From IMG/VR virus record IMGVR_UViG_2585427722_000007, positions 3,826-67,825 of that record: DNA of 64,000 nt. One strand, given 5' to 3'. Shown here piece by piece: positions 62,594 through 64,000 of the stretch. Positions within the stretch are counted from its first letter, which is position 1, and every line of letters starts with the position of its first letter. Under the pieces are notes generated by a model. That model saw only the letters and a list, made by a program, of their open reading frames with translations, ran no database searches and was not told where the DNA came from. The DNA comes from a virus. Lineage: Duplodnaviria > Caudoviricetes. The position numbers and the translations under genes are program-made.

Positions 62594-63468
62594 GACATGT
62601 CCCTCCCGTCCCGGAAGCCGAGAAAGACAGGGTGGCGCGGCTTGTCCTTGACGCCGACCTCGAACGACTTATACTTCACGACAAGGCCGTGGTGCTCCTC
62701 CCGCTTCGCCCAGATATCCGCCCGAATGGCGTCATCCAGACCGGTGCCGATGTTGAATGCGACGTCGGTCACGAGGTCTCGGACGATCAGCGCGCCGAGC
62801 GTGCCCTTACCATGCTTATTTTCCTGGTGGCTGCTGCGCTTGCTGCGACCCAGCTCGTTGACGGTCTTCTCATTGTCGTTTTTCATCTGCTCCTCAAAGC
62901 CGATAATGGTGGCCTCGCCATCGGTGAAGCGTTTCACTTTCAAGAGATAGCCTTCATTCACGGTGCTGCGGCCATATTTATAAAGGCCGTCGATCTTGCG
63001 CAGGATTACGCCCTCGTAGCCGGCCTCGACTTGCGCGGCTTCATACTCAGCCAGCCCGGCTTCGTTGTGAATCCGGGTCTGGGGCAGCAACACGATATTG
63101 ACCCCGTGGTGTTCGCGGCGGCACAGCCGCGCGTAACGTACATCGAACCCCATTTCGCAGTCATGCAGGTCAAACACGAAATAGGTGAAGTCGAACACCT
63201 TGTCATGGCTCATCACATGGCTGGTCGTGTTGCTGAACACGTTCAACGCGGTGACGTCACCGACGATAAGCTCGCCGTCGAAGCCCTCGAAGCGTTTGTC
63301 CGACAGCAGGTTGTAGACATGCTTGTTCGGGATTGGCTTCAGCGAACGCGACAGCAGTTTCCCGCCCACGACCGAGGCGCGAATGCCGTCGAGCTTGGGC
63401 GAGGCGTAGCAGGGGAAGATCAGTTTGGCCGGGTCGTACTCTTTGGCCAGCATCGGTTTGAAGCTCAT
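62590..63468 (-). CDS. lig: ATP-dependent DNA ligase
   Basis: KLDGIR, FDGEL, YEGVILRK, LLKVK and PRHPVF motifs. Confidence 0.95.
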   Translation of the reverse strand: MSFKPMLAKEYDPAKLIFPCYASPKLDGIRASVVGGKLLSRSLKPIPNKHVYNLLSDKRFEGFDGELIVGDVTALNVFSNTTSHVMSHDKVFDFTYFVFDLHDCEMGFDVRYARLCRREHHGVNIVLLPQTRIHNEAGLAEYEAAQVEAGYEGVILRKIDGLYKYGRSTVNEGYLLKVKRFTDGEATIIGFEEQMKNDNEKTVNELGRSKRSSHQENKHGKGTLGALIVRDLVTDVAFNIGTGLDDAIRADIWAKREEHHGLVVKYKSFEVGVKDKPRHPVFLGFRDGRDMS

Positions 63469-63689
63469 GCGGGTTCTCCTATCTCAGTATCGGCGACAGT
63501 GCCACTCCAGTTGCAATAGCTACAAATGCACGCGGAGGCCTCCCCCCACTCGTGGGTGCTGTCGGCTGGTAGGGAGTCGTCAGTACCATCAGCTGTCAAT
63601 CGTGTCCACGCCTCGAAAGCGATGTCCAGGCTATCGTCTCGGCCACAGGCGGGACAGGCCATGCCCCATTCTTCAGATACGGTGTTCAT
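63465..63689 (-). CDS. zinc-ribbon protein
   Basis: CPACG and CSYC motifs. Confidence 0.7.
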   Translation of the reverse strand: MNTVSEEWGMACPACGRDDSLDIAFEAWTRLTADGTDDSLPADSTHEWGEASACICSYCNWSGTVADTEIGEPA

Positions 63690-64000
63690 GCATTTACTCC
63701 TTCAGCCATTCGCTCGGCCACATGGCCGGCGATAAATAATTCCCACTTCTCATGGAAGAAGCTGTCGACGTCCTCCATGTAGGTGTCGCAGTCCGGATCG
63801 GCGGCTATCCTCACCGCAAATGCCTTGTCGAACTCCTCAGCCCACAACATTGCCAGCTCGGCCAGCGAGCGGGAGCCGCCGATGCTGTCCATAATCCGGT
63901 CTTGGGCTTCCGAAGCGAACCGGCCCCATGCGTGCCCAAGATTGAACGAGATGTCGAACAGCGTCTCCTTCTGGTAATAGGTAAAGTCGGGCTGGGTCAT
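63686..64000 (-). CDS. hypothetical acidic protein
   Basis: 104-aa ORF whose ATG lies at the window edge; it may extend beyond it. Confidence 0.65.
   Translation of the reverse strand: MTQPDFTYYQKETLFDISFNLGHAWGRFASEAQDRIMDSIGGSRSLAELAMLWAEEFDKAFAVRIAADPDCDTYMEDVDSFFHEKWELFIAGHVAERMAEGVNA

Larger units (their letters stand above)
1..64000. mobile_element. Tailed dsDNA phage genome, probably podovirus-like, near-complete and circularly permuted
   Basis: TerS/TerL, portal, MCP, lysozyme, PolA, primase and ligase are present in two divergent, tightly packed arms. There are no host housekeeping genes and no tape-measure or sheath gene. Confidence 0.95.

Noticed and set aside
1-64000. Integrated prophage, tRNA genes or alternative genetic code
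   Set aside because: No integrase, host flanks or cloverleaf were seen. Genes are intact and densely packed under the standard code, and only one in-frame stop split was noticed.

Overview
This window is an essentially complete ~64-kb tailed-phage genome. It is GC-rich, and the host-like dcd gene suggests a proteobacterial host. It is probably a podovirus: it has a P22-like portal, an N4-gp56-like major capsid protein and large ejection proteins, with no tape-measure or sheath gene. There are two divergent arms. The minus-strand early/replication arm runs from 24.4 kb down to 1 and continues at 64000-61788. It encodes a primase-helicase, Dcd, a MoxR-type AAA+ ATPase with a VWA/metallopeptidase, a PD-(D/E)XK nuclease, an SNF2 helicase, ThyX, PolA, an exonuclease and a ligase. 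The plus-strand late arm (24.7-61.5 kb) encodes TerS, an intein-split TerL, portal, scaffold, a Tad1 anti-defence sponge, MCP, tail and lysis genes, a four-gene moron and ejection proteins. No integrase, tRNA or CRISPR array was seen. The strongest candidate for an undescribed system is the 10-17 kb operon. There a MoxR AAA+/VWA-peptidase pair is co-encoded with otherwise unrelated small proteins that share one ungapped ~22-aa C-terminal helix motif, and with two duplicated (Gly-X)n repeat genes, all behind a ~300-nt multibranched RNA leader. Other notable signals are a recurrent TCTA-N3-TAGA operator, twin ori-like GAACA elements, several structured leaders and a propeller gene split by an in-frame stop. 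All family assignments come from recognising motifs by eye; no database searches were run.
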